A stretch of 64,000 nucleotides of DNA from Lytechinus pictus (GCF_037042905.1 NC_087258.1:24924001-24988000); one strand, 5' to 3'; counted from the first letter of the stretch, positions 1 to 14,870 are shown. The notes: generated from the letters alone by a model not told the origin. Numbers and translations are program-made.

Positions 1-3000
1 TTGTTGTTGTGCATTTGGCATACGATTTCTAAGAAATTTACAGTGCTATACCCAAATTTTTAAACTAAAATCAGAGCACCTGATATTCGAATGGATTTGG
101 ACTTTATAATTACAATTAAAATTCTAAAAAAAAATTAGTACACATCCTTGTTATTTTCCCCCATACTATGAGCATATTGGATCCACTTTCACAATTGGTG
201 TTGCGACTGCTTACAGTCGTTGCGATTGTGTGCAACACATATTTTGACTAAATGATCGCAAACGATCGCAAGAGCGATTGTGAAAGCCCCTTAACTTACT
301 CCAATCATCATGCATATTGTGAATATTATTTCGCTTTTCGCGATGTCACATTACTACACCTATTGATCAGTCAACAAATATCCGGGGGTACTGTTTTATA
401 AGTTGGACGGACACAATCATGACAATGCTCGTACATTGATTGCGAAAAAAAAACCGACATATCACTCAAAAACTTCCAACGAATCGACCTGATTTTGACG
501 ATGGGGTCGAAGCGGGGTCGGAGCGCTTTTCCCCATGCTGAGTCATCCCGTGTCGCACCACTCTACCAAAGTTGACGCTTCGTTTGTTATCCCTTTGTTT
601 TATATCTGGTACAGGCTACACTGTTGTTAGCTAGCCCATTATTATCACGATTAAATAGCATACAGGTAAAAATAAATGATTGCAGTTACGCGCGATAATG
701 AGCAGGGCGCACGTGCGGTCGTGTGCTAAAAAAATACCTCGGGGTTAATGGGCAATTAACGGGGTCATATCTGTCAAAGGCACTGCCCGATTTCACGTTG
801 TTAGTGGTCATCGTATAGTCACCATTAGCACTTGACATCTGAGTGCTACGTGGGGCCGGGAAAGGGGGGGGGGTGAGTGGATTGATGAGAAATGGAGGTG
901 ATTTTGACGATATGTATATCGAGCACTCTCGTGTGATCATGTTCAAGGTGAAAAAATGTTTTATGTTGATGACGTAATCATTTTTTTGGGGGGGCGAATA
1001 AACAAAATAAAGATATGCACATTATTGGCTTCCTGGCCCTCTTGTTTTACAAGAGATTTTGTTCACTCTCTTTGCTCGCTTGCTCTTTCAGAAGGAGATC
1101 ACTGTTTTGGTAATGATGCTAGTATAATGATGGAGGTGGTGGTATAAGGTGCGTGCGATGATGCTGGTTGTGGGTATGCTATATGGTTAGGGTGCACAAT
1201 GTAAGAAGCCTATATGATTATAAATATACTTTGAAAAAAAATCAAGCAGAAGGGTCATAATAGAATGTAGAATGTAAAGTATAGATGTCAGGCCACTTTT
1301 TGTACCCCCCCCCTTCCATGCCCATGGCTCATAACAATACTAGGCCTACTCTGTAGTATAACGAAGACAAACTCTATATATGGCAGTTAGCCTGATATAT
1401 ACCACTGATCATTTCATTCTATACGTGATCACGGTGACAGCATTTCATACTCGTTAAAATTAATGAGAATGATTGATATTCTAGGAGATAAAACAGGTGA
1501 CTCGCCCTTCTTTGATATACACTCATTCATCCTTTTCAAATTTTGCCGGGAGTAATTCCGATTTGATCACGACAAAATCCGGAATAAAAACTCTAGGCAC
1601 GTGAAGTTAATATGAATACAATATTCATGTCAAGAAATGATATCGATCAGTCACTGATGAATATCTATTGTTTGATACGAGCTCCTCCCTTGCCCCTTCC
1701 CTCTTCTCTCTTTCTCTCTCTCTCTTTTACTTATTCTTCTTGGAAAATATGAAGGATGAAACAAGGAATACAAAATGAAATTATTGAATGTGAAATTTAG
1801 GTTAAAAAGCCGCTCATGAAGTTGAGAGATTAGAATATACTTCTGAATGTCACTCTTTCTGTAACCCCCCCCCCGTCACTCTCTCTCCCTCTTTTCTTTC
1901 CCTCCCTCTCTTCATTTCACCTGTCTCTTTCCATCTGTCTCTCTCATCTCTGTTTCCCCTATCTCCCGTCCCTCTCTTTTCCTCATTTCTCCCCCTTCTC
2001 TTCAATTCTCTCTATTTATATGTATTTCCTTCCCTCACATTTTCTATCTCTCTCTCTCTGCTATTGTCTTACTCCCATTTATCTCCAAGGTCCGTCCAAT
2101 CAAACCACTAGATGCCCTCCAATTGTCGGGTCAAGCACACGCTCTTGAATAGACAACACGTTCACAACATTTACGGAAGAACCATGGTACCTTGGAAGAG
2201 GGGGGGGGCGGGCAAGAAGATATAGAAGTTGAAAGATGGCTTCTTTCTTTCTCAAAGTGAACATATTGGGTATTATCTACAGCTACGACCACTTTTTTTT
2301 CATGACACTTCATTTTTCTTTCTACCGTTCCCAGCCTTCATATGTTATTTTTTTTTATTATGATTGAAATTCATTGGGACGGTCGCCCCTGCCCCGCCCC
2401 CCCCCCCCTTCCTCGCCTTGGCGCTGTCTCCGCGTTCACTTTCCATCAACAAATGACTCCTCTTTAGTCGTCATCACTTTGTCTTTTGGCTTTCACTCGC
2501 GGCATTAGAATTAATGAATGGTGATTGAGGCAAATGAAATGGAAATGTAATTCAACCAGATCGAGTCCGCGATTGTCGAGGGATTCGTCAGGAAACAGTT
2601 TACCTCAGATAAGACAAGCAGATAAACTCTTCCTTTTTTCTCCATGCGGGCTTTGTCGGCCTATAAAACCCTTGCAAATGTAGAAACATTGTAACCACGT
2701 GACAAAGATCAAATTGCATTTTGTTTACTTGCTTACCGATTCTCCATCTTTAAAAAAAAAACTAAACTATACGCCACCCCCCCCCCCTTACTGAGGAAAC
2801 GTGTCGAGTTTAGCGCCAAGAAATCTATTGCTTTTTGTAAATTTCTGTCCATACTAGTTTCAACTTATAGGTACCGCCATCACAGTGTAGATTTTATTCA
2901 TGTTTGCTAAAAATGTGAAAATAAGAAATGAGAGGGAATTTTCCAATGAAACAATTTGTATTTAGTTCAGCCCTACGTAAGGTGGAACATGTTCATTTTT

Positions 3001-6000
3001 TTTGCCATTATTGGTATAACACAAATTATGGAATAAACTGAATGTAAAGTATAATCTAAGCTTTATGTAATCGAAATACATAGGCTACAGTTTTGTCATC
3101 CAACTCTTCCTTTTCTCCTTTTCTCGAAAGTAACCATGGTAACTAGAATGTCAGATGAGGTCAAAAAACGGGGATAAAAGACAATTATTTCTGAATGCTG
3201 TGATTGTTTGGCAGCGGAGTATTTGATTTATAAATAGGACAATGTCTATTTCACCTTGGCCATGTCTTATGACCATGATGACTCATTTTCAGTTTGATCG
3301 TAAGCCAACATGAAAACCATTTTGGCCCCTATACCTTTTTACGACTGATCGCTCTATTTTACCTTTCATTTCGTTTTACTCTAGCAAGAAATATAATAAA
3401 ACATTATACAGGTTTTTTTTATTAGTATTATCTTTCACACCTGCAGTGCACCATCTTCGACATAGACTGCAGAGCCCTTTGAAGATTATAGCAGATGATG
3501 ATCAAATTTTCATGAATTTTCTTTATATTGCTTTCCTTCTCTGTTTTAAGTTCTGAATAGCCTTGATATAGAGTAGCATTGCGGACTACGATATCACGTG
3601 ATGTTGATTACCGTTTTGACCTCTTTGGAGAAATCAGGTCACGTGCGCGCGCACCATCCATTACTATCATCAGTAATCCATGATAATGGGTGCAGTGCTC
3701 GGGATGTACTATCTACCGCAACGGGGGTCGTTATAACATTATAACCCCTGGTTTGTATTGGATTCTATACACCTTGTCCGTATATTACCAAATTAAGTAA
3801 ATTTCACAGAAATGATTGCTTAATGGCATTCAGATGCAGAAAATCATAAGCTTAGTCTGTGCATAGAAATAAGTCCATGGTCTGTGAGAGAAATTTACGA
3901 AACTGCTCCGTATCGCTCTACGTATTTGCGATTATTTCCCGATATTTCTCCTTTACGTCCATTTTGTTTAATTGTATGTATGAAGATTAATAGTAGTTTT
4001 ATTGGCCCTGAATACAGAGGGTTGTGGGTTCGAATTTTCTGCCTGGAATCAATTTCCCTGGCAGATCCACATTTCACTCTTTTCAGAGCTTTGTCGTGGC
4101 GTTTGGTAACCATGGCAATTGATGATTACTTGATTCTACTTTCGAAGTGCACCGCGAGAAGGGATATTGGCATTTTCTACTCATTTTGACCGACCCAACC
4201 AAATTTAGTTAAAGGGCTTATAGCTTTGATACGAACGGAGCATGGGATTAGTAATAGGCCTATATCATTATTTTAAGAAAAAAACTGAACAAGCGCATAA
4301 ACAAGAAGGGTTGGTTCGATTCGATTAGATGGAGGTAAAGCCACGACTTCAAAAAATCATCCTGTGTTCATTGACGGATGGTTTTATTGCATGAAAATGG
4401 GAAGAGCCTCTTTGTGCTCACGGCGTCACAAGTGATTAAAAAATACAATGCCTTCGTTTAATCAACGTGCACGCGTGTAACACATTCTCCATGACACGGC
4501 CCGAAGCCACTGACGTAGTTTCCACCTTAATCGTTGTTAGAAAAAAACAAGTTACCATAAGAAAAAATATAAATCATGTTTCTGTAAGAAGCCTTGCAGA
4601 TAGGAAGAAATATTGTGTTTTATAGGAGTGTTTGAGGTGACAATAAACAGTGTTCTCATTTTGTGTAACCTTTACTTGTTGGAGGTTGACGATAGCTACG
4701 ATGATCATTGTTCGTGTTCGTGCGAACCATCGATATAAAAAAAACCTGGATAGATAAAGAGCTCGATGTATGTTGCCGCGCATACGCCGTGACACTACAG
4801 GAGAAGTACTCCATGACACAATTAACAGTATATGGGACCATGAAAACACGTCAGAAACAACACGCGCACGCAAAAATTGTGGAAATTTGTGCGCGCTGGA
4901 CCTTTAGGAGTACTTCTCCTTTGGCCTCAATTAGTGTTGCTCCATCTATTTTTCTTTTAATCGATAGTGTGAACCAAGCTTCAACAGGTTTAAAAATATA
5001 TATTTTATGGAAAATTGGAAATGGATAGACATGTCGAGAAATATTCCATCATCTCCTGTGTAAAAAAAAGAAAAGATGGTGTTTTTGCCTTGAAAATGAT
5101 GGAGAGAGAGAGAGGAAATGTGAAAGAACGAGAAGGAGAACAAAGAGGGATAAGAGACCCTGAGAGGGGAGGGGTGGAAGAGGGGAGGGGGACTGGATTT
5201 TTTTTAAATATTGTTATTTTCATCCGGGGAAAAGTTGGTGGTTTGGGGTGGTTTCGATCATTACATCTACCCTCTTTTGTTTCAAATTGAATAATGAAAT
5301 TAGCGCATCAATAAGAAATTGACAAATGAATAAAATTTACTGACTGAACTGATTTAATTATAAAAAAAAACGAATGATAAAAATAGAATAAATAGGAAAT
5401 ATGAAATCCATTCAAATATATTTGTAGGTTTAAGCTGCAAAAAAGTACCCGGTGGTTTTTCTGGAAAGTTAGAATAAACTTTCAGTTGCGATGAGGATGA
5501 ACAATCCTGCCTCATCTAAAATTGTCGAATGGGTTCAAAGTATTTATCATTATCATTTAAAAAAACTATCAAAAAACAAATAACCCTTTCGTTTGCCGAG
5601 ACGCTTTGTAATTTCCGTAAACAGCGCGGCGAGGATAGTACGTTAGCCGGTCAACGTTATATATATTTCAAACAATCGAAATTATAATCGCAAATTAGAT
5701 TGACATGATCAATATTTACTCGTGATAATGTATGGTTAAGCACAGCTGACAGGGATGTGCAGGAAACACGATGAATGGCCTGGTTTAGCATCTAAATAAT
5801 CCTAACCTCGATCCTGTTTTCTTCACTTTTAGGTTGTTTGTGTTATTTATGAAGCCATGACTGTCTAATTTCCCCGAGTGAATCATGTAAAATGGGTACT
5901 TAGCTTCGGAAACATCTTTTTTAAAAGGAGTGCTAATATATGGTTTAATGTTCATTGGGCATACGTAATCAATAATTTGGTTCATTATAATCACTTTGCA

Positions 6001-8571
6001 TAAAAATTCCCTATTATTTAAATAAAATTGTATAGGCTTAACTTTTAACTGGGTACTGACTGAAATGGCTATATAATGGCTATAACTTGTTAATATAAAA
6101 CAACCCACCCACATATCTCAGTTATCTGTGTACTCAATTTGCAAAGATGAGATTCAATAATCTATTTGAAGTTATCAGTTTAATCGGGTTTAGACCTTGG
6201 GGAAACAAGATAACCCATTATTTGTTTCCTCCAAAATGATTTCAATCCAAACTTTTTGTGTGTTGAGATAGATGTAGATGCAACGATTAACGCTCAGAAT
6301 TTGCCGAGGTCGTCCACTCGCTTTTTTTTTCTAGTAAATGCACTCACGTGAAATATTATTACATAATATAAGTGAGTACTCGTGCTTCCCCACTGCAAGC
6401 GGGCTGAATGAATCGTAGGAATTGGTTTTCCATTTACTAAATTATCATACAAGGATAGCAACTGTATAATAAACAACAATGACAGGAGAAAAAAATGAGC
6501 GACATTATGTTGCTCCTTCAAATACAGCGCTAAAATTATTTTTGAATTTCTGTTGTCCGTAGTCTGCATGTGTGAACAGTGTGTCATTATTCTTACTGAC
6601 ACAAGAATGTGAAATGATATAGATTTTTATATTCAAGACCTCATTCATGAAATAGAAGATTAATGTTCCTCCAAATGAATAGGGCAATGTTACTATTAAT
6701 TTTCCCTTTTCGATCCTCAATATTAAAAAAAACCTGCAGAATTACACAACGTCTATTCATTCCCCTCGTGCTATTTTCATGCTTTGCTTTGTTACGAGCT
6801 GAAAGCAGAAGAAAAACGAGAAGACTGTATTTCCTTTCATTATAATCAAATAAGGAACAAGAATTGATGCATTAGTGGTTGCTGGAACGAATCGAAAAGA
6901 GAAAGAGAAAACAGCAACAGTACGATTATAGCAGCAATCGAAATTGAAAATTATTCATGATGATGATATAATGATAATAAGGACAATAGTAATAATATAA
7001 TGATCATTAAAATGATAATAACTATTATAACAATAGCAATAATAATCATAATAAGAATAATAATCAAAATAATGTTAATAATAATTTTATTAAAAACGAC
7101 AATGATTATTGAGAAAAATCACTCTCGATCGTAATTATGATAATCATAATATTAGAAATAGACTATTCAACGCCGAATTATGGTGGGGTGGGGTCACAAG
7201 AGGAAATCATCCACCCACGAATATTACGCAACCAGGGCACTTCCAACTCCCTGATGCAACATATCATATAGAGCACTATTTATCTCTAAGTTCCATTTTC
7301 CACAAGTGCAACTGCATCCAACATCCTCGTGTGCGACCGACACGTTTCACAAATCTCCCTATGAATTAGTGATAGTCGTTGATGCTGTAATGGTTGCCAT
7401 GGTAACCTACTGGGGATTTTAGGATGGATAGAATATTGACGCAAGCTTCAATTTTCCTCCAGCGTCCCAATCCCTCATTTGAATAAAATTTTCATCTTTT
7501 CATGTATTCGCAGATCTTTTCAAATGATTCAGGCTGATGGTGGTTTCGGGAAAATGAAAGAATTAAAGCTTATTTTGTTATCCTATATTTCATGGATGCA
7601 AACCCTTGTGTAAGCTGGAAATGTTATACTATTGACATCTTGAGCTTAGGCTAATTGCTTATAATTTTCCTCGTACCTCGTTGCGTGACCTATCGCTTGT
7701 AACTTTATTTGGATTATCGGCCTTTAGGACATTATACCCTGCATGCCCTGGGACCTGTTTCACAAATTTTTAACGCACTTGGACGTGCTAGTGGGAGGTG
7801 GGTCCCTGGATCTGTAGTCTACAGTCAAGGCGTTGGAGGAGCTATAAGATTAAATAAGTAGTCTAAGATTAAGTTTACCGTTAATGGTTCATTCATGTAC
7901 CATCTTTTTTAGTCAAAGTTTTCATGATTTTTTATTATTATTGTTTTACCACAATCAATAACCGGGTATATTGGATGAACCAATATTCTTTTGTTCTTTC
8001 AGGTTTTGAGATGCACACTTTTGAAGCTATAGAAATATATAAATTTTTAGCATGTTCCAAACGAATTTTCATTATAATTATTTTTACTCGTGATTAATAA
8101 TTTTGTATGCCCTTTGGACGCCTCCATATTCGTTTGCTCACTTTATACCATTAATATTCGTTTGACGTGATCGGACCCAATGTACAGTCTGGTTCCAGGC
8201 GCGTAGATTCGATTGATCTCATTCACCGCATTTTTCTCCGTTTAATAATTATTACTGCATTGTAGATGAAAATGAATAGAGAGAGCAAGCACATCCCCCC
8301 CCCCCAGAACAACAATTTAACCAAACAGGGCCGAAACAATGGACAACGAAACGAGCTCATTACGATCTTCCATGTTTCTTTGCAGACCTTTTCATCGCAG
8401 ATTATTTTAGATGCAAGCCATGCGTGTGAGCTGTACTTTTTGTGGGGGGAAGGGCGAGGAGACGGCCACCAAACAGCCGAAAGGCGACTGCACTTGGTGG
8501 CCGAATAGGCGTAAAAATCGCTTGGTAAAAACCGGCAGCGCAATCATTCGATTGAACAGCTTTTTTGCGTT

Positions 8572-8580
8572 CCAAGGTCA
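8572..8580 (+). promoter_or_regulatory. NR5A/ERR-type extended half-site CCAAGGTCA, about 3.7 kb upstream of the NR0B ATG
   Basis: Exact match to YCAAGGYCA in CpG-rich upstream DNA; function untested. Confidence 0.25.
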
Positions 8581-11500
8581 TCGCATTATCATCCAAATGC
8601 TCGGCAAGGGCTCAGGTTACGGGCGAATGTTTCAGAGGAGAGGCGGTGAGATTTGAGGGGGAATGGAGGAAATGTGATAGCCTGTGCCAGTATGAAATCT
8701 GGCGTGAAACGTACATTAATTATTAGATGTTGACTGGCTGGGAATAGTGGGGAGGGGGGGGGGAGGGGGCATGGGGTGGGGCGGGGCGGGGGGTAGGGGA
8801 GGGGGTAAGTGGGCGGGGGGGGAGTGGCAGGGGATGGGGTGATTGGGCATGGTATTTCGTTAGACAGAGATAAGCGGTAAATCAAAGCACAGCACATCGA
8901 GTCCATTAGATGAAAAACGTGAATAGGGATGAAGGCGCGAACGGGGCTGGGGTTATTGAACCTGAAATCTGTCGGTCCTTTGTCCTGGTACCCAACCACA
9001 GGGTCACGGCAGTATGACCAACTTGAACCCTCGCCAAGATTCAAGTTCACCCAGTCAATCACCGTGCATGGCAGATGTGAGAAGAATGGCAACCAGTTTG
9101 ATATCAGAACTGCAGTTTAAAATGAATAATGGCCTTCTATTGAAAACTGACATTGGTTTACCTCAGGTACAATAACGACCAAGCGAAGCGTGCAGTTTAC
9201 CTCATAATGATGCGGGCCGGTGATTGAAGTCATCAGAATTTTGATCCGATATGTTATGGGAGGCTGCCCTTGAAATATTTCGTCTAGCATGTTCGGGACA
9301 GGGGAATACAAATCATTTGATTGTATTTTTGAGGAATTATTGTTGGGTCGATTTTCCTATTGTTGCCTTAAACTCGCGCAAACACCGAGAAATATTATTC
9401 ATGGGATTCAAGTTGAAGCAATCACACCATGGACCCTACAAGTTCTAGCAGGATCCATGATCACACTTAGGTTTGAGTGGTTTTTTGAAGGATACGTACG
9501 TACACTATTGCAAGGCGTTGAATGTATTCCAGTCATCGCTCCAAACGATGTTACGCCCCTCAGAGAAAAATGATTCGATCAATAGGCCTAGGCCTATATA
9601 TATCTAGAAGTTATCGTATCATTTTGTGTAAACTATACGAGATATTGCAAAGGTCGTTCCTAAATGAACCGAACGTTATACATGAAACAAACTGTACATT
9701 CATTTGCACAACATACTTCTTTACAGAGAACTTTAGGCAGAGGCATGCAGGCCATAAATAATAGAAATCCATCATTTCTATTTTTACCCTATATTAATCA
9801 TGACAATGCGTCCAGTTAACTTTAAAAAAAAAAAGAATAGAGCCGTTTCGTTGCATCCTTCATCCTTTTAAACACAATTATTAAAAAAATAATGATCTTT
9901 TATTCATATCTGCGTCAGCGGCTGAAGTAAAGTATATAGTGCAACTAAATGGATAATCTGCTTTAATTGTCCGACCATTCAAACCCCTCATTGATAACAA
10001 CAATTTACACGAATCAGTTCATTGGTTCATAATTCATTGTCGAATATTGACAAGGGTCTGTAGATGAGGACTAGAAAGAACGCGAGGATATGACGTGTCG
10101 ATGTCTGGGGTCACTGTACTATTCGGTAAACCAACTGTCTCGCAGCGATCGAGATAGACAGGTAGATATATACACAATAGGTTGGAGAGAAAATGAGATA
10201 AAGAGAGAGAGGGAGAGAGAAGGGGAGAACCGTGCTCATAGACAGTGCATCACCTTAAAATAGACCACGGAGTTACATAGGAGGTCCCCTCTGAAAGAAA
10301 AAAACAGAACAAGCGATGTGCCAATTAGTTGACAGTTCATATTATCCTCCTCGACAATAGGGCCTGTTTGAAATTGACACATTGAAAGTAAAGAATATGA
10401 TTTATCCCGGCTTAGTATTTTTTATTCTTCGTGTTAATTTGTGCCAGGTTAGCTGTGTTTGTTGCGCGTGGTTGTGTTGAACAAGTCTTGTAACAATGAA
10501 AGGTCAAGTACAACTAAAAAGAAAAAAATAATAATTTGAGCAAAATAGATACAAATCAGACAAGCATGGCACTGAAAATTTCATCAAAATCAGATAGGAA
10601 ATATGTGAAGTGAAGAAATTCTCTTATTCTGTTCGACATTTTATTATTTTTTTTAATGAATTCCTCTTTTGAATATCGTTACGAAATAATTCAGGTCAGG
10701 TTATATGAAGCACACTAACACAAACGACAGCACAATTCGACGGGTTGGAGATAACGATGTTTTAAGGGGTGTACTCTATGGTGTCTCTTCGTATCAAATA
10801 AACAACTCATTGATGATATTCGATTACCAAATGCTACCCTGATGGAAAGGCACAGGATAAGACAAGGGTCGATATCTGTCTATTTCGAGACAGTATTTTC
10901 AGGAAAGTCTGATTTTATTAAGTGAATTTAAGGCTCGGCTCCGGACGCTGTCATTTGGAGCGAAAGTGGGTCGTTGCTATCCAACGTGGGCGACTACGTC
11001 CGTGGTGGCTTTATTTTTCGAAAGAGGTTAGCCAGTTTCATTTCATTAAAAAAGTCATAGAAGGCCTATTAAAAGGGGCGAGCATGGCGAGGGAAGCCGT
11101 TTCATTTATTGGCGTAGCCACGGGTACCATTGATCTCGTGCTTTCGGTTGTCTCCGAGTAATGTACATTTAAAACGCGCCAAAGGCAAAGATGAAGATGG
11201 AGATGTTGTACCCCTAAAAACTATCAGAAAAGTATTATCCAGTCAAACGAAAACTTAGAAACTTTCTATGGATGAATAGACATAACAAAGCACACACACT
11301 CTACTCATCATGCTCATTATAAAAAAATGTTCTGTCAGCTTATCTAAAGCTTTATTTTCCTTATTACCGTCATAATGGAAAAGATACGTCCACCTTTTCC
11401 CACTCAGAAGTAATATATAGAAGTAAATACAAGAACGTCACTATTGACTGAATCTTTACTTCAAAACCACTTTCTATCATCCATCTCCCATGGATCCGAC

Positions 11501-12309
11501 TAGGAAAGTAGTTTTGTGTGCATCCTATTGAATATCTTCATTATCTTTATTACTGCAGATTTGGTAGAACGTTTAACTTTGAACGAACAAATATTGTTCG
11601 ACCAAATCGTTCCCACCCATTCCTAGAAACTCCTGCCGTCTGTTGAGTTCACCTTCATATTAGAATAACATACATAGTGGTATGATTGACGAGGTGAAAC
11701 CCCGATACCAGCAAAATGATATCCAACGCACCTCAATGCGTCACCAATCGTGCCGAATGGCTGCAGGTAGATATTAATCGGCACTGCCATTGAGGTAGAT
11801 CAATCCGCTCAAGAGTTTGGCACACGGCCCGTTCATTCTAGAGTTGCCTCTCTCTGATAGCGGTTGATTCAGCGCTTCTGCTCATCACCATCGTTCCATT
11901 GTTTTGTGTGATTATACTTCATATTTTTCACGTCGTGCTCATGCGCCGATTTGATTCAGTTCGGTACCTTTGATAAGCCGTGCTTTTGTTCGGGAGTGAT
12001 CATTTTAGCTGTAGCTGGGAAACTCGACAGACATATTCCAACAGTTCTTTTTCTTGTAACCTCATTGGACTTTACTTCATTACAGCCTGGATTTATTTTG
12101 ACGAGTTGGATTTCGGTGATCAGCGTTCTACGTTTACATCCATTTGGTGTGTGTATTTCTCTCTCTGATTCATCTATTGATCCTTCTTCGTTGTCACTTA
12201 TTAAATTTGGATCAGGGAATCGACTTAAATGTTTACCTTTGTGAAAATCGTCATGTAGTCTTAATTTTTCTCTTTATATTTTTTGCAGTTCTCAACCGGG
12301 TCACCGAGT

Positions 12310-13081
12310 ATGAAGGTTGGGGAGTTACCATTCACTCTCCATCGGAGAAGCTGTCCATGGAGTCAGACGACGACAACGGACCAAAACAGCAACAATCAAC
12401 CATCACCTACACATCAACGGCCGTCGCCACTCACGGCGTTACTCTTCGAAGCAAACGAGTCATCATCGTCGCCGACGCCGTCAACGGGTCCACCGACGCC
12501 CCCGTCATCGCCACCCGATTCTGCACCCACATCAACGGCCACGACGACTACGCCACAGATTTTCGCGTCACAACGATGTTCATGCCCGTGCAGCGACTGC
12601 GTCAAGCTTGTCCGTGACTCGACGTGTGGTATGGATATGGACTTGGCGCGTTGGTTGACGAAATGTGCCGAATTCGGCACAGGACATACAAGCTTAGCAA
12701 ACATTAATGTACACGATAGGCAATTATTGGTATGTTCTGCCTGGAAAGACATTGTTATCCTGTACATGGCACAGAATAAGTTCAATTTCGATGTCGTTTA
12801 CTCTAGCATGCTCGAATACCTTCAACATGTACCCATTCACCAATATGTCCAAACGAACACGACGCATCATACGGTGGACGCTCAGTTCCAGGCGGATTTT
12901 ATCGCAAAGACTGGACTAGTTTCTCAGACCTACGTGCATCCTCTGAGGAGAGGTAGCGACTTTGGAATACCAACCATGAGAACTGTTAACCAGCTCCAAT
13001 TCACATTATCAAAGCTCAACCAGATGCAACTTGACTCGAAGGAATATGCCGTGTTGAGGATACTGCTCCTCTTGAATTCCG
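12310..13081 (+). CDS. NR0B2: NR0B-family orphan nuclear receptor (SHP/DAX1-like, no DBD), coding exon 1; probably co-orthologous to vertebrate NR0B1 and NR0B2
   Basis: ATG at 12310 in ORF 12283-13107. N-terminal LxxLL (PSPLTALLF, cf. SHP ILYALLS), Cys motif RCSCPCSDCVKL (cf. SHP RCLCRQHRPVQL), LBD segments DRQLLVCSAWKDIVILYMAQ, IPTMRTVNQLQ and LDSKEYAVLRILLLLNS. Donor TCCG|GTAAGT after 13081 (phase 1), at the N-x-D position where SHP and DAX1 have their single intron. Confidence 0.88.
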
Positions 13082-14564
13082 GTAAGTTACCTGGGAATGG
13101 CTCTTAATTGACATTTCTTTGATAATCTGGGGTACGTTTCACGAAACCTCAAGTCCGTAGGTATTTCAACTTGTCAGATTAAAAAGGTTTGATGAAATGC
13201 TCCCCATGCGATCAGTAATGTACTGACAACTGGTTACTTGGTTGTTTTTTTAAGTTAATAAGAATAGATGACAGCTTGCATGCGTCCACAGTTCCACGTT
13301 GGGAGAAACCTTTTGCAAAAAGCAATTCGATTCGTCATTAGTAAATGTTTGGAATAGACTCAGAGATTTTTAGTTTTAGGGTTTTAGCAGTCTTAGGTTG
13401 TAAAGACATGGATCCACTCCTATTGTGATATCTGGTTTTAGAGTGAAATCGTGTTCTAATTTCTAGCTAAAATTATGGGAGGCTGATTTGTAAAAAATAA
13501 ATAAAAAAATGATTAAAAACTTTGTTTACGCCGTATTCGCTTTATGTTTACTGGACCCTTGTTCATGCTTTCATTCCTAATGATTTATTCATATATTCAA
13601 CCTCTGCTGATTGATAGGCACGTTCGGCTACCAATAGATAACCACAAAGTCAAACCAGAGTTCACAATACGGGCCATTGTGTTTCATGGGACGTAGCTAT
13701 CAGCTCCTCTTTATTAAAATTAAAAAAGTGTAACCATTGCGCTGGTTGTCGCTGAGCCATGTCAGAGAACAGAATTGGAAGTCTGGGTAATACGATTGCT
13801 GTGATAAAGAATTAACAATCAGTTTGATATTTCTATTAAAAAGGACGAATCTCATCTATTAAAATTTGCTTCTATATTCATCATAATGGAAGGTTTGTCT
13901 GTTAGTTGCACCTACAATTATTAATATTCATCAAATCCAAAGATAACTTCATGTTTCAGGTTGGCTGTATGCGCAAAATAAGGGTAAAAAAATAATTTGT
14001 AAATTTTAATTAGTACATCCTTCATACGCTTTCATTTAGTTCTGGTGAAAAACATTAGGTGTCATTGGCTTAATAATCGAACAGGCGGACGATACATAAA
14101 CAACGGGGATCAGTACAAGGATAATTGCCTTGAACTCTGTGTTGATTTTAGAAAGTGCATAACCGAATGTCAACTACTCAATTTATTGGTTTGCTAAGAA
14201 AAACAAACGGACCGTTTCAATTTCAGTTGCAGCAGTGATCGGGTGATATTGGCTGAATTAACTATTCTTTTCTCTGTATACTTTCATTACCTTGAATCTC
14301 TGTCTCACGAACGAAGCAAATATTTAGAGGAATAACCTCTATACAAAATTATATTTTCGAGGTTTGTGTGGTTATTCTGTTGATGATCTTCGGCAGAATG
14401 GGTTGGGTTTTACCATATGGTTTTACACAGGGATGTCACATTTCAGACGAAAGTGTGAATTTGGACTTTATCAACTTACTTACAGCCATACAAAAAATTG
14501 TGTAAATACGAAATGGCTAATTTCAAGATGATTTTCAAACTTTTTTAATCAATTTTAAGTCATG

Positions 14565-14820
14565 TCTATTCTTATAAAGATTTGTGATTGATCGGATCAA
14601 GCTCAGATAAATGGAAAGCCATATCTTTTTTCCTCAAGGAAGTTCGCACAATGTCCTTTGTAAATAAAGAGGGGCACACTGAATTGTCAAGACATCAATG
14701 AATGTATGAGTATACGTCTGGGAAACATTTTGAATAAACATGCATTTAGACGTTGATGTTGCTGGTTTTCCATAGTTGTGGTTGATCGGATCAATCGCAC
14801 CTCTTTTTAAGGCATGTTCC
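14565..14820. mobile_element. Degenerate copy of the same MITE family in the NR0B intron
   Basis: GATTGATCGGATCAAG...GGAAAGCC and GTTGATCGGATCAATCGCACCTCTT match the 51785 and 61451 copies. Confidence 0.65.
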
Positions 14821-14870
14821 TGGTGTTAGAGGCGTATGGCTAATGTCATTTATTTATGTCTTGCTTGCAG

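Noticed and set aside
10741-10800. Frame reading RVGDNDVLRGVLYGVSSY resembles the first nuclear-receptor zinc finger (RVCGD...GxHYGVSSC)
   Set aside because: All Cys and the His are missing, the spacing is wrong and there are no splice sites; most likely chance.
12144-12785. Overlapping alternative-frame and antisense ORFs in NR0B exon 1
   Set aside because: By-products of the GC-rich Ser/Thr/Pro-coding region.
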